Shown piece by piece: positions 1 to 9,663 of a stretch of DNA of 64,000 nucleotides. A program made the translations under genes and the position numbers. This DNA is from Bacteroidota bacterium. GTDB lineage: Bacteria > Bacteroidota > Bacteroidia > UKL13-3. The notes under the pieces are model-generated. The model did no database searches. It worked only from the letters and a program-made list of their open reading frames with translations, and was not told the DNA's origin. The stretch is taken from positions 21,890 through 85,889 of the forward strand of contig JAIYCU010000025.1 of the NCBI GenBank assembly GCA_027487835.1. Reading direction: 5' to 3'. Position 1 is the first letter of the stretch, and the number at the start of each line of letters is the position of its first letter.

Positions 1-2362
1 TGTATTCGTTCTTAGTATTTCTGATGATGTCACCAAGTCGTGGAGGGTTTATTTGAGACAAAGAATCAAATCCAACATGTTTATAAAAAGCATTATTAAG
101 GGCTAAATTTTGTCCACTAAATACTAATCTCACCGTAGTAAATAATGCAATGGCCCCACCAATTGGATTTAGTAAAACAAGTTCCCCTGCCGAATATCTA
201 CTTGGGTCATCGAATCTGCTAAATTCGCAGGTGGCTGTTAAAAACATAGGAAGTTTAACCCCGTTTTCAGTTTTACCATTGGTCCAAGAAGTCACATCTT
301 CTATCCCCATCACCCTTTCAGCAGTTAGCCCAACTTCTCCTCCATGTCCAGTATAGTTAAAAATTAAGCAGCCATTTTCTATGCTATTATTAATGGCCTT
401 TTTTGCATCTGGATACCTAGCTCCACCTGCCGTACTTTCTAGTTTGTAAGCATCTAAAAATATTTTTTCAATATTGTATTCAGGGTACTTATTAATTAGG
501 TTACTGGCCAGGGCATCTGCCTGTCCAATATGGCTACTTCCATCCCCATCATCTGCCGAGAAAACAATCTTATTGCGCCAATTTCCATAGGCTTCAATAC
601 TGGTGTAAGAAATTATTTTATTCACCAAATTGCTCGCCTCTTCTTCATTGGTAACAATAAGCCTACCAATGCCAATGTCTAATGATTCTTTAACGCCTTG
701 GTTCGGCCATAAATCTATTGCTTGGTCCCACAAACCTTCAGTATCTTCTAAGAACCCAAAATAATCATCACTGCAATAGCTACTTGTTGGGGAAAATGAT
801 TCCCAGCTTTCAAACGTAGGTATATAATTGGTATTGGGCTTTTGTCTGTATTTGTAATCATAAGAGGCGCGTCCAAATAGTAGGGCATATTTTGGTGCTT
901 GTGCAGGCGAATTTGCCCTTAAATAAAACATCCGTAAAAAGTCTCTAATGGCCGAAATATCTTGGGCTCCTCCTGAAAACTCATTATAAATTTCTTGTAT
1001 ATTCACTACATGAATATTAAGACCTTGAAGTTTGTTATGATGCGCAGCAAGTCTAAATGCCTCTTTGGTAAATGCTGGATGGGTGATAATAAACCCATCT
1101 GGAATGTTTAAGGCATGCAGATTTTGATTCGCTAAAGATTGCCAACCAGCAATTTGTAAAAAATTACTTCCATCAAATACTGCAAAGGTTTTTAGCGAGT
1201 CGGTAAAAGAATTAAAAACAAATTCGCTTGCAACTAAGCTTCCTTCTAGCAAAAATGCTTGTAATGGGTTGGTAACATCCCAAACAGTTAGGTTTCGGTT
1301 TGAACCAACCGCGTATTTTGCAGTATTACCAATGCCTAAATGGCTTGCATCTTTGAAAACAAAATTTCCATTTGTATTTCTTAAGGTTGCCTTGGCTTGA
1401 ATTTCAAAAAAATCTAGCCACCCTACACTTCCAGAAGCCGGTTTATTATAAACGTAACTTAAAGTAAAATTAGCTGCTGGAGGAATAAAATTTGTTGTAT
1501 TGATAATGAGTCCGCAAGTATATGGGGCTTCGTAGCCTGGAGAAACCTCTCTACAATTTTGGGTCAACAAATTTGTCGGGCCTAATTTTATATCAAAAGT
1601 GCTTGGAAAAAATGACCTAGCGGTTACAGACGACTTCATGCTTACCGAAGAGCCCACGACCCAATTTGGAATGCTTACATTAAACGATTGTTGGGTAACA
1701 CGGTCAAATTCTTCACCAACCCAAACTTTACCTGATTTTCCTAAGTTGGAGAGGTCGTTGTTATATACCTGCAAATAGTTATATGTACTTATTGTGGTAT
1801 CAGTATTATTGGGGCTATTTCCTTTAACAACGCGTTTGCCTGGCGAATTAGATAAGGTTAAGAAATAGTACGTAGTATCACAATATAAGTTGGAATTAAA
1901 AGAATATTGATTGGTATTGGCGTCAAAATTCCATTGATTTATTTGGGATTCTCCATAAAAGGCGAGAAAGTCACCAGGATTAAGTCTGCCATCTGATTCA
2001 CCTTGCACAATGATAGCAATTTCTTGTAAATCGTCAATTCTTGATTTGTTATTAGGTGTTGGAAGCATGCCAGCGCCAATTCCATAAAGTTTTAAATTTC
2101 GAGGGTCGAGCTGGTCCACATTAAATCCCATAGATTTAAGCAAAGTTTGATCAATTCTGTAGATTCCATTTTGTGTAGTGGCAATTTTGAACCAATTTCC
2201 GGTTGCAAGCACCGAGTTTAATGTAAAAGTTGGTTTTTTCTTGGCTAGCGTATTTGGGTAGTTATTTGTGGGTATTTGGGCATCAATAGCAAAGCTAGTG
2301 AGCAGCAATAAAAAGCTGAAAGCTAAATACTTATTAAAAAATGTATCCAGGTTTTGTTTCAT
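1..2362 (-). CDS. porU: T9SS sortase PorU (peptidase C25 family), N-terminal part; runs off window start
   Basis: Missing from the ORF track because there is no stop in the window. Manual translation from ATG at 2362 gives MKQNLDTFFNKYLAFSFLLLLTSFAIDAQ...SVLATGNWFKIATTQNGIYRID, with the C25 catalytic motifs NYTGHGGE (~330-360) and TATCEFSRFDDP (~205-240). Divergent from porP/gldJ. Confidence 0.93.
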   Translation of the reverse strand, partial: MKQNLDTFFNKYLAFSFLLLLTSFAIDAQIPTNNYPNTLAKKKPTFTLNSVLATGNWFKIATTQNGIYRIDQTLLKSMGFNVDQLDPRNLKLYGIGAGMLPTPNNKSRIDDLQEIAIIVQGESDGRLNPGDFLAFYGESQINQWNFDANTNQYSFNSNLYCDTTYYFLTLSNSPGKRVVKGNSPNNTDTTISTYNYLQVYNNDLSNLGKSGKVWVGEEFDRVTQQSFNVSIPNWVVGSSVSMKSSVTARSFFPSTFDIKLGPTNLLTQNCREVSPGYEAPYTCGLIINTTNFIPPAANFTLSYVYNKPASGSVGWLDFFEIQAKATLRNTNGNFVFKDASHLGIGNTAKYAVGSNRNLTVWDVTNPLQAFLLEGSLVASEFVFNSFTDSLKTFAVFDGSNFLQIAGWQSLANQNLHALNIPDGFIITHPAFTKEAFRLAAHHNKLQGLNIHVVNIQEIYNEFSGGAQDISAIRDFLRMFYLRANSPAQAPKYALLFGRASYDYKYRQKPNTNYIPTFESWESFSPTSSYCSDDYFGFLEDTEGLWDQAIDLWPNQGVKESLDIGIGRLIVTNEEEASNLVNKIISYTSIEAYGNWRNKIVFSADDGDGSSHIGQADALASNLINKYPEYNIEKIFLDAYKLESTAGGARYPDAKKAINNSIENGCLIFNYTGHGGEVGLTAERVMGIEDVTSWTNGKTENGVKLPMFLTATCEFSRFDDPSRYSAGELVLLNPIGGAIALFTTVRLVFSGQNLALNNAFYKHVGFDSLSQINPPRLGDIIRNTKNEY
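1292..1308 (-). repeat. Dispersed motif TTGGTTCAAACCGAAAC, perfect copy
   Basis: Inside porU, read as GSNRN. Confidence 0.9.
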
Positions 2363-2515
2363 TTTCTAGTTGAAATATTTTTATTAAAATTGCGTTATTT
2401 CGAACTAATAACGACAACAAATTAAAGTAAATTGTTTGAACACGTAACAACATATTAAAACTATTCTTATAATTGCAATTCTGAGTATTTTCTATTTAGG
2501 CTATTTAATTAATTA

Positions 2516-3511
2516 ATGAATCGGGTGAAAAGCTTTCTAACAAGGCTAAAAATATTTCTGTCGTTTACATTGCTTTTTGCTGGGCAAGTGTGGGCGCAGG
2601 ATCCGCAGTTTTCGCAATTTTATGCGAATCCGGTTTACGTAAACCCTGCCTTTGCAGGTAGCTCTAAGGTTGGGCGTTTCGTTCTGAACTCAAGGAGTCA
2701 GTGGCCAAGCATATCAGGTGCTTTTACAACTGGATCTTTAAGTTATGATGAACATTTTAATAATATAAATGGAGGCATCGCACTTCAAGCCATTTATGAT
2801 GAGCAAGGTGTTGGTACTCTAAGAACGGTAAGTGTTAACTTTGCCTACGCATATGAAATTCCAGTTACCCGCAATTTTACCATAAGAGCGGCTATACAAG
2901 CTGGGTTTTTTCAAAAATCTATCGACTTTTCTAAATTATTGTGGTACGACCAAATTGTTAGAACACAAGGATTTATTAATCCAACTAGCGAGCCACCTGG
3001 CGCGCAATCTATATTGAGTCCAAATTTTGCAACAGGTGTAATAGGATATACAAGAAATTTCTATGCTGGCTTTGCCGTTCACAATTTATTTGAGCCTTCC
3101 CAGAAGTTTTATGCAGGCGCTGCCAATCCTGTGCCTAGACGCTTTACAGGAAATATGGGATTAGTAATTCCTGTTATAGAAGATCGTTCATTAAAAAGGT
3201 CTGTTAATTTATACCCTAACGTGGTGGTTATGTCTCAAAGACAATTTAACCAAGTTAATTTAGGGATGTATGGAAGCCGTGGGCCTTATATTTTAGGAGC
3301 TTATTTTAGACAAAACTCAGTAAATGCGGATGCCTTTATTTTAGTTGCAGGGGTAAGAACAGGCAAGGTTAAATTTGGTTATTCCTTCGATGGTACCATT
3401 AGTAGAGCAAGAACTGGCGCTATTAATTCTCATGAAGTTTCTTTAGCTTATGAAATTAAAAAGAGAAATCCGAGGGTTAAAATTAGAAAAGTTACTTGTC
3501 CAGATTTTTAA
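2516..3511 (+). CDS. PorP/SprF family T9SS outer-membrane beta-barrel protein
   Basis: Signal peptide followed by QDPQFSQFYANPVYVNPAFAG, the family N-terminal motif; C-terminal SHEVSLAY...CPDF. Confidence 0.92.
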   Translation: MNRVKSFLTRLKIFLSFTLLFAGQVWAQDPQFSQFYANPVYVNPAFAGSSKVGRFVLNSRSQWPSISGAFTTGSLSYDEHFNNINGGIALQAIYDEQGVGTLRTVSVNFAYAYEIPVTRNFTIRAAIQAGFFQKSIDFSKLLWYDQIVRTQGFINPTSEPPGAQSILSPNFATGVIGYTRNFYAGFAVHNLFEPSQKFYAGAANPVPRRFTGNMGLVIPVIEDRSLKRSVNLYPNVVVMSQRQFNQVNLGMYGSRGPYILGAYFRQNSVNADAFILVAGVRTGKVKFGYSFDGTISRARTGAINSHEVSLAYEIKKRNPRVKIRKVTCPDF

Positions 3512-3597
3512 TTTTCCAAAATTTTATTAAGTTGCAGTTCGATATACTTTATTGAGAAATAATGAGTTTCTTAATTTTAAACTATCGATTTAAAGAT

Positions 3598-4590
3598 ATG
3601 AAAAGAATTATTTTATTCTTTATGTTAGGTTTAATTGGGTTTGCCGATGGGTTTGCGCAAGATCCACAGCTTACGCAATTTTATGCCTCACCGTTGTATA
3701 CTAATCCAGCTATGGCAGGTGCTTCTAGGAAAATTAGGCTAACGCTCAATGCCAGAGACCAATACACTGCTCTAAATAATAATTACAAAACGGGCGTTAT
3801 GGGACTAGATGCCTATTTACCTAAGATAAAAAGTGGCTTTGGAATTGTGTCTATGTATGATGTGGCTGGAGATGGAAATTTAACAACCACCAGTGTTAGC
3901 GCAATTTATTCTTATAATTTAGAAATTAACAGAGAATGGGCATTTAATGCCGCATTGCAAGGAGGAATACTACAAAGAAGGTATGATTTTAGTCGCTTTG
4001 TTTTTAGAGACATGATTGATCCTACCCGTGGGCCAGTGCTACCAACAGCGGAATCAAAAGGTTTGGAGCAAATTGCAGTTCCTAACTTTGCATTCGGTGG
4101 ATTATTATATAGTAGCAGGGTTTTTATTGGAGGTGCAATGCACAATCTTCTTGAGCCCAATATGTCATTTTATTCGCCAGATGCCGATAATGAAGCCTTA
4201 AAATTACCAAGGAAGTATACATTGCATGGTGGCGTTAATATTTATTTGAATAAATCACGGTACGAAGAAAATAGAGTAATCCTTTCACCTAATTTGTTGT
4301 TTATGCAGCAAAGAAACTTTTACCAAATGAACATGGGTTGTTATATCAAGCAAAAATCTTTAACCATTGGTGCTTGGTACCGTCAAACATCCACAAACGG
4401 CGATGCTGCTATCTTTATGATTGGCTTTAAATTGCCTGCAGTTAGAATAGGTTATAGCTATGATGCCATTATATCCTCAGCAAAAACCGCAACTGTTGGC
4501 TCTCATGAAATTTCGCTAGGAATAGAAATTAAACCCAAGAACAAATCTGGGGTTCGATATAATAAAAAGTTAGTTTGTCCTGCGCTGTAA
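3598..4590 (+). CDS. PorP/SprF family T9SS outer-membrane beta-barrel protein, second paralog
   Basis: QDPQLTQFYASPLYTNPAMAG and SHEISLG...CPAL. Start moved from 3562 to the ATG at 3598, which gives a clean signal peptide (MKRIILFF). Confidence 0.92.
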   Translation: MKRIILFFMLGLIGFADGFAQDPQLTQFYASPLYTNPAMAGASRKIRLTLNARDQYTALNNNYKTGVMGLDAYLPKIKSGFGIVSMYDVAGDGNLTTTSVSAIYSYNLEINREWAFNAALQGGILQRRYDFSRFVFRDMIDPTRGPVLPTAESKGLEQIAVPNFAFGGLLYSSRVFIGGAMHNLLEPNMSFYSPDADNEALKLPRKYTLHGGVNIYLNKSRYEENRVILSPNLLFMQQRNFYQMNMGCYIKQKSLTIGAWYRQTSTNGDAAIFMIGFKLPAVRIGYSYDAIISSAKTATVGSHEISLGIEIKPKNKSGVRYNKKLVCPAL

Positions 4591-4641
4591 TAAAATTCTA
4601 AAAAAAAGTGGACACTCACATGAAAATGTTAAAAAATTCGT

Positions 4642-4649
4642 TAGTTTTG
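4642..4649 (+). promoter_or_regulatory. Bacteroidota sigma70 -7 element (TAGTTTTG) upstream of gldJ
   Basis: Matches TAnnTTTG, 23 nt before the ATG. Confidence 0.55.
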
Positions 4650-4672
4650 AAAATTCCAATAGTTATCTAATT

Positions 4673-6121
4673 ATGAAAGGTATTTCGAAATTCTTTCTTT
4701 TCGCTACAGCTGCAGCCGGTTTATTAACTGGCACTGCTTGTAACAAGGCCGGTAAATCCAGCACCACAGGGTGGAAGTACAATGACGCCAAGTGGGGTGG
4801 CTTCGAGAAACATAAGTTTAAGGAGCAAGAAACTGGTCCGGGGCTAATCTTTGTTGAAGGTGGTACGTTTACAATGGGTCAGGCTGAACAAGACCTTACC
4901 TACGACCATAACAACATGAAGCGTCGTATTTCTGTTAGTAGTTTTTACATGGACGAAACAGAAGTATCTAACTTTCACTATTTAGAATACTTGCATTGGT
5001 TAATGCGCCAGTATTCTGATAATCCAGTTATTTACACAAAAGCATTACCTGATACACTTGTTTGGAGAGATAAACTTTCCTACAACGAACCTTATGTTTT
5101 GTATTACTTGCGTCACCCTGCCTACAGAGATTATCCAGCGGTAGGTGTAAATTGGGTTCAAGCTGCTGAGTATTGCAAATGGCGTACAGACAGGGTTAAT
5201 GAAATGATCATGGTAAGAGAAGGATTTGTTTCTCTTGACATTCAAAAACAGTCAGGCGAAAATAACTTCAATACAGAAGCCTATTTGTTAGGATTATACA
5301 CGCCATCTATCAAGAAGGAATTACGTGATTATTCCCCAGGTGGTAAGCAACGCCAAGTGCGGATGGAAGATGGAATTTTATTACCTTCTTACCGTCTTCC
5401 AACAGAAGCGGAGTGGGAATATGCCGCTAGCGCTTACAAATCAGCAGGCTTTAATGAGAATGTTGATGTGAAAAGAATTTATCCTTGGAATGGTTTAACC
5501 TTACGCAGATCAGACACTGAAAAAACACGTGGTCGTATGTATGCCAACTATACCCGTGCACGTGGTGACGGAGCAGGTATTGCAGGTAATCTAAATGATG
5601 GTGCTATTTATACTACTTTAGTAAAAGACAAAACCTATTTGCCTAATGATTTTGGTTTATATCATATGGCAGGTAACGTGAGCGAATGGACAAATGACAT
5701 TTACCGTCCTTTGTCATTAGAAGATATGACTGGTTTTAATCCTTATCGTGGTAATGAGTATAAGAAATATAAAACTGATGCAGATGGGTACATCTCTGAA
5801 AAGGATAGCCTTGGCCGTATGATTTATATTGACGTTACTGAAGAGGACAATGCTAAACGCAGGAATTATAAGAAAGCTGATAATATTGGATTCAAGGATG
5901 AACTTCAATACCCAGACATTGAAATGAAGTATGAGTATGGTGTTAGTTCTTTGATTGATAATGCAGCTAGAGTTTATAAGGGTGGTTCATGGGCAGATAA
6001 AGCTTATTGGTTAGTACCTGGAACTCGCCGCTATTTAGATCAAGAGCAAGCAACTGCAACTATTGGTTTCCGTTGTGTAATGGATAGAGTAGGCTCTATG
6101 TCTAAAGGTGGTAAAAAATAA
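4673..6121 (+). CDS. gldJ: Gliding motility lipoprotein GldJ (FGE-sulfatase/SUMF1 fold)
   Basis: Lipobox LTGTAC; STTGWKYN; EQETGPGLIFVEGGTFTMG; YRLPTEAEWEYAA; NDFGLYHMAGNVSEW; TIGFRCV. The location divergent from porU favours GldJ over GldK. Confidence 0.85.
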   Translation: MKGISKFFLFATAAAGLLTGTACNKAGKSSTTGWKYNDAKWGGFEKHKFKEQETGPGLIFVEGGTFTMGQAEQDLTYDHNNMKRRISVSSFYMDETEVSNFHYLEYLHWLMRQYSDNPVIYTKALPDTLVWRDKLSYNEPYVLYYLRHPAYRDYPAVGVNWVQAAEYCKWRTDRVNEMIMVREGFVSLDIQKQSGENNFNTEAYLLGLYTPSIKKELRDYSPGGKQRQVRMEDGILLPSYRLPTEAEWEYAASAYKSAGFNENVDVKRIYPWNGLTLRRSDTEKTRGRMYANYTRARGDGAGIAGNLNDGAIYTTLVKDKTYLPNDFGLYHMAGNVSEWTNDIYRPLSLEDMTGFNPYRGNEYKKYKTDADGYISEKDSLGRMIYIDVTEEDNAKRRNYKKADNIGFKDELQYPDIEMKYEYGVSSLIDNAARVYKGGSWADKAYWLVPGTRRYLDQEQATATIGFRCVMDRVGSMSKGGKK

Positions 6122-6140
6122 TATTCACAATTAATTGAAT

Positions 6141-6176
6141 AAAAAAAGGCTCCCAATTGGGGGCCTTTTTTATTTT
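6141..6176. terminator. Bidirectional rho-independent terminator between gldJ and the convergent T9SS cargo gene
   Basis: AAAAAAAGGCTCCC-AATT-GGGGGCCTTTTTT, a GC stem flanked by A and T runs; overlaps the stop of 6170..8971. Confidence 0.85.
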
Positions 6177-8971
6177 AGTAAGGTGATAGTGCCATGAAAG
6201 TCTTTCCAGTCTTGGGCCATTTTCTTTTTGGTTTTAAGGATATAATAATACACCCCTTCACTCATTTCATTTCCATTTTGGTCTTTACCATTCCAAGCAA
6301 AATCAATGGTATTTGCTGTAAAAATTGTTTGACCCCAACGGTTATAAATGATTATTTCCCCATCCTCACATTGCCCAATTACGCCAGATAATTTAAATAC
6401 ATCATTGTATCCATCAGCATTTGGTGTAAACACATTTGCCTGCTTAAAATTACTCAAAGAATCTGGTAAGTATACTGTCCCTACGGCCGTGTCGGCGCAA
6501 TTTGTTCCGTACTCTGTAATCAAAATTATGGGCAAGTTATAATACTGTGAGACCAATTTCTTTACGGGATTTTCTTCATAACTGCTATCTCCGTCTGGGA
6601 AGCGCCAAAAGAAGTTGGCCGCACCAGGTGTTTCATTGAAAAAGGTAAAAATAGAATTACATGTATCAATGGTATGGCTAAACTTAGTTTTAGAAATTCT
6701 GAAGTCAAACTTTAGGGCCGCATTGCTACAACGCGGACTTACATTTAATGGACCGAAAACATTGGCAGGGGTGGTTTTTAAATCAGAAAATGGGTTGTTT
6801 CCTTGAGGACAACTGGCACACATACTTTGGTAAACCACGCCTCTTTTATCAAATCTGCTTGTACCGCCGTCTACATGGTCGCCTGTATTATCTGGATTAT
6901 CACCGCCTAAAAATGTAGCATATAAAAGGTCGCTTGCCTCTTTATTTAGTAGCATTAGGTAAAAATCGCTTCCATCTGTTTTGGGCTGAAAGGCGTCTGC
7001 GGTAACTTGTAAGCCAATGGTTGATGAATTGCTTCCGTCGATTTTGGTGGCTGTTTTACCACCCCAAGAACTCACGTAAATACGTTTGCAATCATCCACC
7101 AAGAAGGCATTAATGGTAAGGTCAATTTGGTTGCGGCCTGAACCAAATACGGTTGACCATCTTTTGGTTTTTAGGTCTTCTGTAAATGAGGCAATAAATT
7201 GATGTGCATTGGGATTGCTGAATTTGCCCGCACTTACTGGAATGGTTCCTTTACTTTGTCCAACAATGTAAATATTTTTATCAGCATCTTCTTCTAGGGA
7301 GATAATTTGATCGTATTGATCAGTCCCAAAATAGGTTGCTGCAAGTAAACTTTTTCCATCATTAGAAACTTTTGCAATGAGCCCATCACAAGTACCACCT
7401 GAAAAGCTTGGTTGAAAAGAGGTTGGGTCGGTTTTAAAATCAATGCTATTGGTGCCACCACATAATAGAATTTCGTTGGATTGAGTAAAATCAATGCTAT
7501 AGAAAGCATCAGCACCGCTGCCACCCAATAAAGTGCACCAATCTAAACTGCTTAGGTTTGGGTTAAACTTTGCTATTACTCCGTCTTGTTGGCCTTTTAG
7601 CACGTTTTGATAGGCTCCATTGGTGGTTGGAAAGGTATCAGATTGGGTAAAGGAAGTAAGGTATATATTATTGTTAAGGTCGGTTATGATATCCCCTCGA
7701 TAGCTATCTGCAAAGAAGTAATTTGTAATGCCGTTAAAGTTAATGCCATCATTTGCTTTTCCTCCTAAATAGGTAGAAGCAAGTAATTGTCCATTTGCAT
7801 TAAATTTAGCAACAATAATGTCATGTCTACCATTATGGGTGGTATCATATGCTTGTAATGTAGTGGGAAAATTAGAGGAGTATGTATTGCCCAAGACCAA
7901 AAGATTGTTGGCATTATCAATTACAAGGCTATGAGGAATTTCATTATTAGTACCTCCTAGATAAGTTGCATAAAGCAAGCTACTGCCGTCGCTGCTATAT
8001 TTAGAAAGGGTAATATCACACGGAAATTGAGAAAGGCCTATTTCGCCTTCAGAAAAGCCTCCACCTGCAAAGTTTAATTGAAATGCGCCTGAGGTTGTTG
8101 GATATTTTCCATTGGCAATTGTACTTGGGCCAGTGGTAATACCAGCGGCATATAAAGTTCCATTTTCACCATAGGTTGCAGAGCAACCAAAATTATCTGC
8201 AGTGGCGCCAGAGTATGTGAGAAACACAATTTCTGGGTCGATTATAAGCGGATAATTTGGGTTGTATTGATTATTCACTTCAAAACTAAGCTTGTTTTGT
8301 ATAAGTTTAAAATCAACCCTCACAAAGGTTTTAGTACCCTCTATAATTTGCCAAGCAATTGGTTGAGTTTCTTTGATGGTTTCATAATCGGTTTGAATAT
8401 AGAGTTCGCCATTTTGCAGGTAAATGGCTTTTGCGCCATTCACTTTAATTTGCAGTTGATGAATAGGTGCGTGGGGTTCGAGCAAGTATTCGTATTTTAG
8501 TTTGTTCTCGCTCGTATTTAGGCGAAGATGTATGCCGGGATAAAGGTTTTTAAGTTGAACCGATTGTGCAACTGGCACATTTGTTTGCCAATTTTCAGGA
8601 TTTTTTCCAATAAAGTAATTATGGTAATAATTGGCAGGTGTTTCAATTATTGGCAATCCAATTTGTGCATTTTCAAAGCTTAGGTTCAAACCGAAAACTT
8701 TAAGCGTTGAATCCTCTGCTAATTTTGTAGCATGGTGCTTCCTCAGTCTGTTGGTTTGGGCGGGTTCAAAAAAGTAATATTGAATGCCATTTCCTTTTAC
8801 ATGAATTTCATGATAGGCTGCAACTTGTCTAAATAAAATAGCCGAAGGCCATTGTCCTTTGTTTTGAACCCAATGCGATGAAAAATTGGAAGTTTGTGTT
8901 GCACTAGTTTGGGCTTTAAGTACAAGACTTATCAAAACTAGCGAGGCACTTATGAATATTTTTAGGTTCAA
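6170..8971 (-). CDS. Secreted SBBP-repeat (beta-propeller)/PKD protein with T9SS type B CTD (CHU_C)
   Basis: TTG start, signal peptide, WVQNKGQWP N-domain, repeated YATYLGG/STYLGG units, C-terminal NVFTPNADGYND...YNRWG...EGVYYY...GTITLLK. Confidence 0.88.
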   Translation of the reverse strand: MNLKIFISASLVLISLVLKAQTSATQTSNFSSHWVQNKGQWPSAILFRQVAAYHEIHVKGNGIQYYFFEPAQTNRLRKHHATKLAEDSTLKVFGLNLSFENAQIGLPIIETPANYYHNYFIGKNPENWQTNVPVAQSVQLKNLYPGIHLRLNTSENKLKYEYLLEPHAPIHQLQIKVNGAKAIYLQNGELYIQTDYETIKETQPIAWQIIEGTKTFVRVDFKLIQNKLSFEVNNQYNPNYPLIIDPEIVFLTYSGATADNFGCSATYGENGTLYAAGITTGPSTIANGKYPTTSGAFQLNFAGGGFSEGEIGLSQFPCDITLSKYSSDGSSLLYATYLGGTNNEIPHSLVIDNANNLLVLGNTYSSNFPTTLQAYDTTHNGRHDIIVAKFNANGQLLASTYLGGKANDGINFNGITNYFFADSYRGDIITDLNNNIYLTSFTQSDTFPTTNGAYQNVLKGQQDGVIAKFNPNLSSLDWCTLLGGSGADAFYSIDFTQSNEILLCGGTNSIDFKTDPTSFQPSFSGGTCDGLIAKVSNDGKSLLAATYFGTDQYDQIISLEEDADKNIYIVGQSKGTIPVSAGKFSNPNAHQFIASFTEDLKTKRWSTVFGSGRNQIDLTINAFLVDDCKRIYVSSWGGKTATKIDGSNSSTIGLQVTADAFQPKTDGSDFYLMLLNKEASDLLYATFLGGDNPDNTGDHVDGGTSRFDKRGVVYQSMCASCPQGNNPFSDLKTTPANVFGPLNVSPRCSNAALKFDFRISKTKFSHTIDTCNSIFTFFNETPGAANFFWRFPDGDSSYEENPVKKLVSQYYNLPIILITEYGTNCADTAVGTVYLPDSLSNFKQANVFTPNADGYNDVFKLSGVIGQCEDGEIIIYNRWGQTIFTANTIDFAWNGKDQNGNEMSEGVYYYILKTKKKMAQDWKDFHGTITLLK
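8681..8696 (+). repeat. Dispersed motif copy TAGGTTCAAACCGAAA
   Basis: Antisense inside the SBBP gene, read as FGLNL. Confidence 0.85.
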
Positions 8972-8975
8972 ACCG
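8963..8975 (+). repeat. Dispersed motif copy TAGGTTCAAACCG
   Basis: Overlaps the TTG start of the SBBP gene. Confidence 0.8.
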
Positions 8976-9114
8976 TATTTTTTTTCTCCACTAAATTAGG
9001 CAATTCGCAGGGGAAAAGGCAATAGGCTTTCTAATTATGTATTATTTAAGAAAAAAAATAGGAGCATTGCAACCATAAGGAAACCTTTTTAATCTAACCT
9101 ATAAGTACGTTAAA

Positions 9115-9660
9115 GTGAGCAAACAACTTGATGAAAAAATTCTACAGGGATGTTTAAAGCGAGAGGTAAAGAGCCAAAAGGCTTTTTACGATCACTTTAG
9201 CAGTGCCATGTATGCTGTTTGTTTAAGGTATAGCAATACCAAAGAGGATGCGAGGGACATTTTACAAGATGGATTTGTAAAGGTTTTTGCAAAATTGGAA
9301 CAATTTACTGGCAAGGGTTCTTTGGAAGGTTGGATGAAAAGGGTTTTTATTAATACGGCTTTAGAGCACTATCGTGTAAATAAAAACCACATGTACCAAA
9401 GTGATGTTGAAGAAGCTTATCAATTAAGCTACGAGGCAGACACTTTGGATAAAATTTCTCAAAAAGAAATTTTTGAAGCGATGCAAAAAATGGCACCAGG
9501 TTACAGATCTATTTTGAATTTGTATGCCATTGAGGGTTATTCACATGCTGAAATTGCAGAAATGTTAGGCATTAGTGAAGGCACTTCAAAGAGTCAGCTT
9601 TCTAGAGCACGTGTTATTTTCATTTTAACTTGGAAGAATTTAAATAAGGAGAAAAATTAA
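9115..9660 (+). CDS. ECF RNA polymerase sigma factor (sigma70, RpoE-like)
   Basis: GTG start; region 2 DARDILQDGFVKVF...GWMKRVFINTALE; region 4 LYAIEGYSHAEIAEMLGISEGTSKSQLSRAR. Confidence 0.95.
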   Translation: MSKQLDEKILQGCLKREVKSQKAFYDHFSSAMYAVCLRYSNTKEDARDILQDGFVKVFAKLEQFTGKGSLEGWMKRVFINTALEHYRVNKNHMYQSDVEEAYQLSYEADTLDKISQKEIFEAMQKMAPGYRSILNLYAIEGYSHAEIAEMLGISEGTSKSQLSRARVIFILTWKNLNKEKN

Positions 9661-9663
9661 ATT

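Noticed and set aside
4673-6121. GldK or an active formylglycine-generating enzyme
   Set aside because: No gldLMN genes follow, the context is porU-divergent, and the N-terminus fits GldJ; no FGE catalytic Cys pair was seen.
9060-9114. ECF autoregulatory promoter (GCAACC...TCTAA)
   Set aside because: The spacing is ambiguous and I could not find the motif upstream of the neighbouring cargo genes, so it is not supportable without motif discovery.
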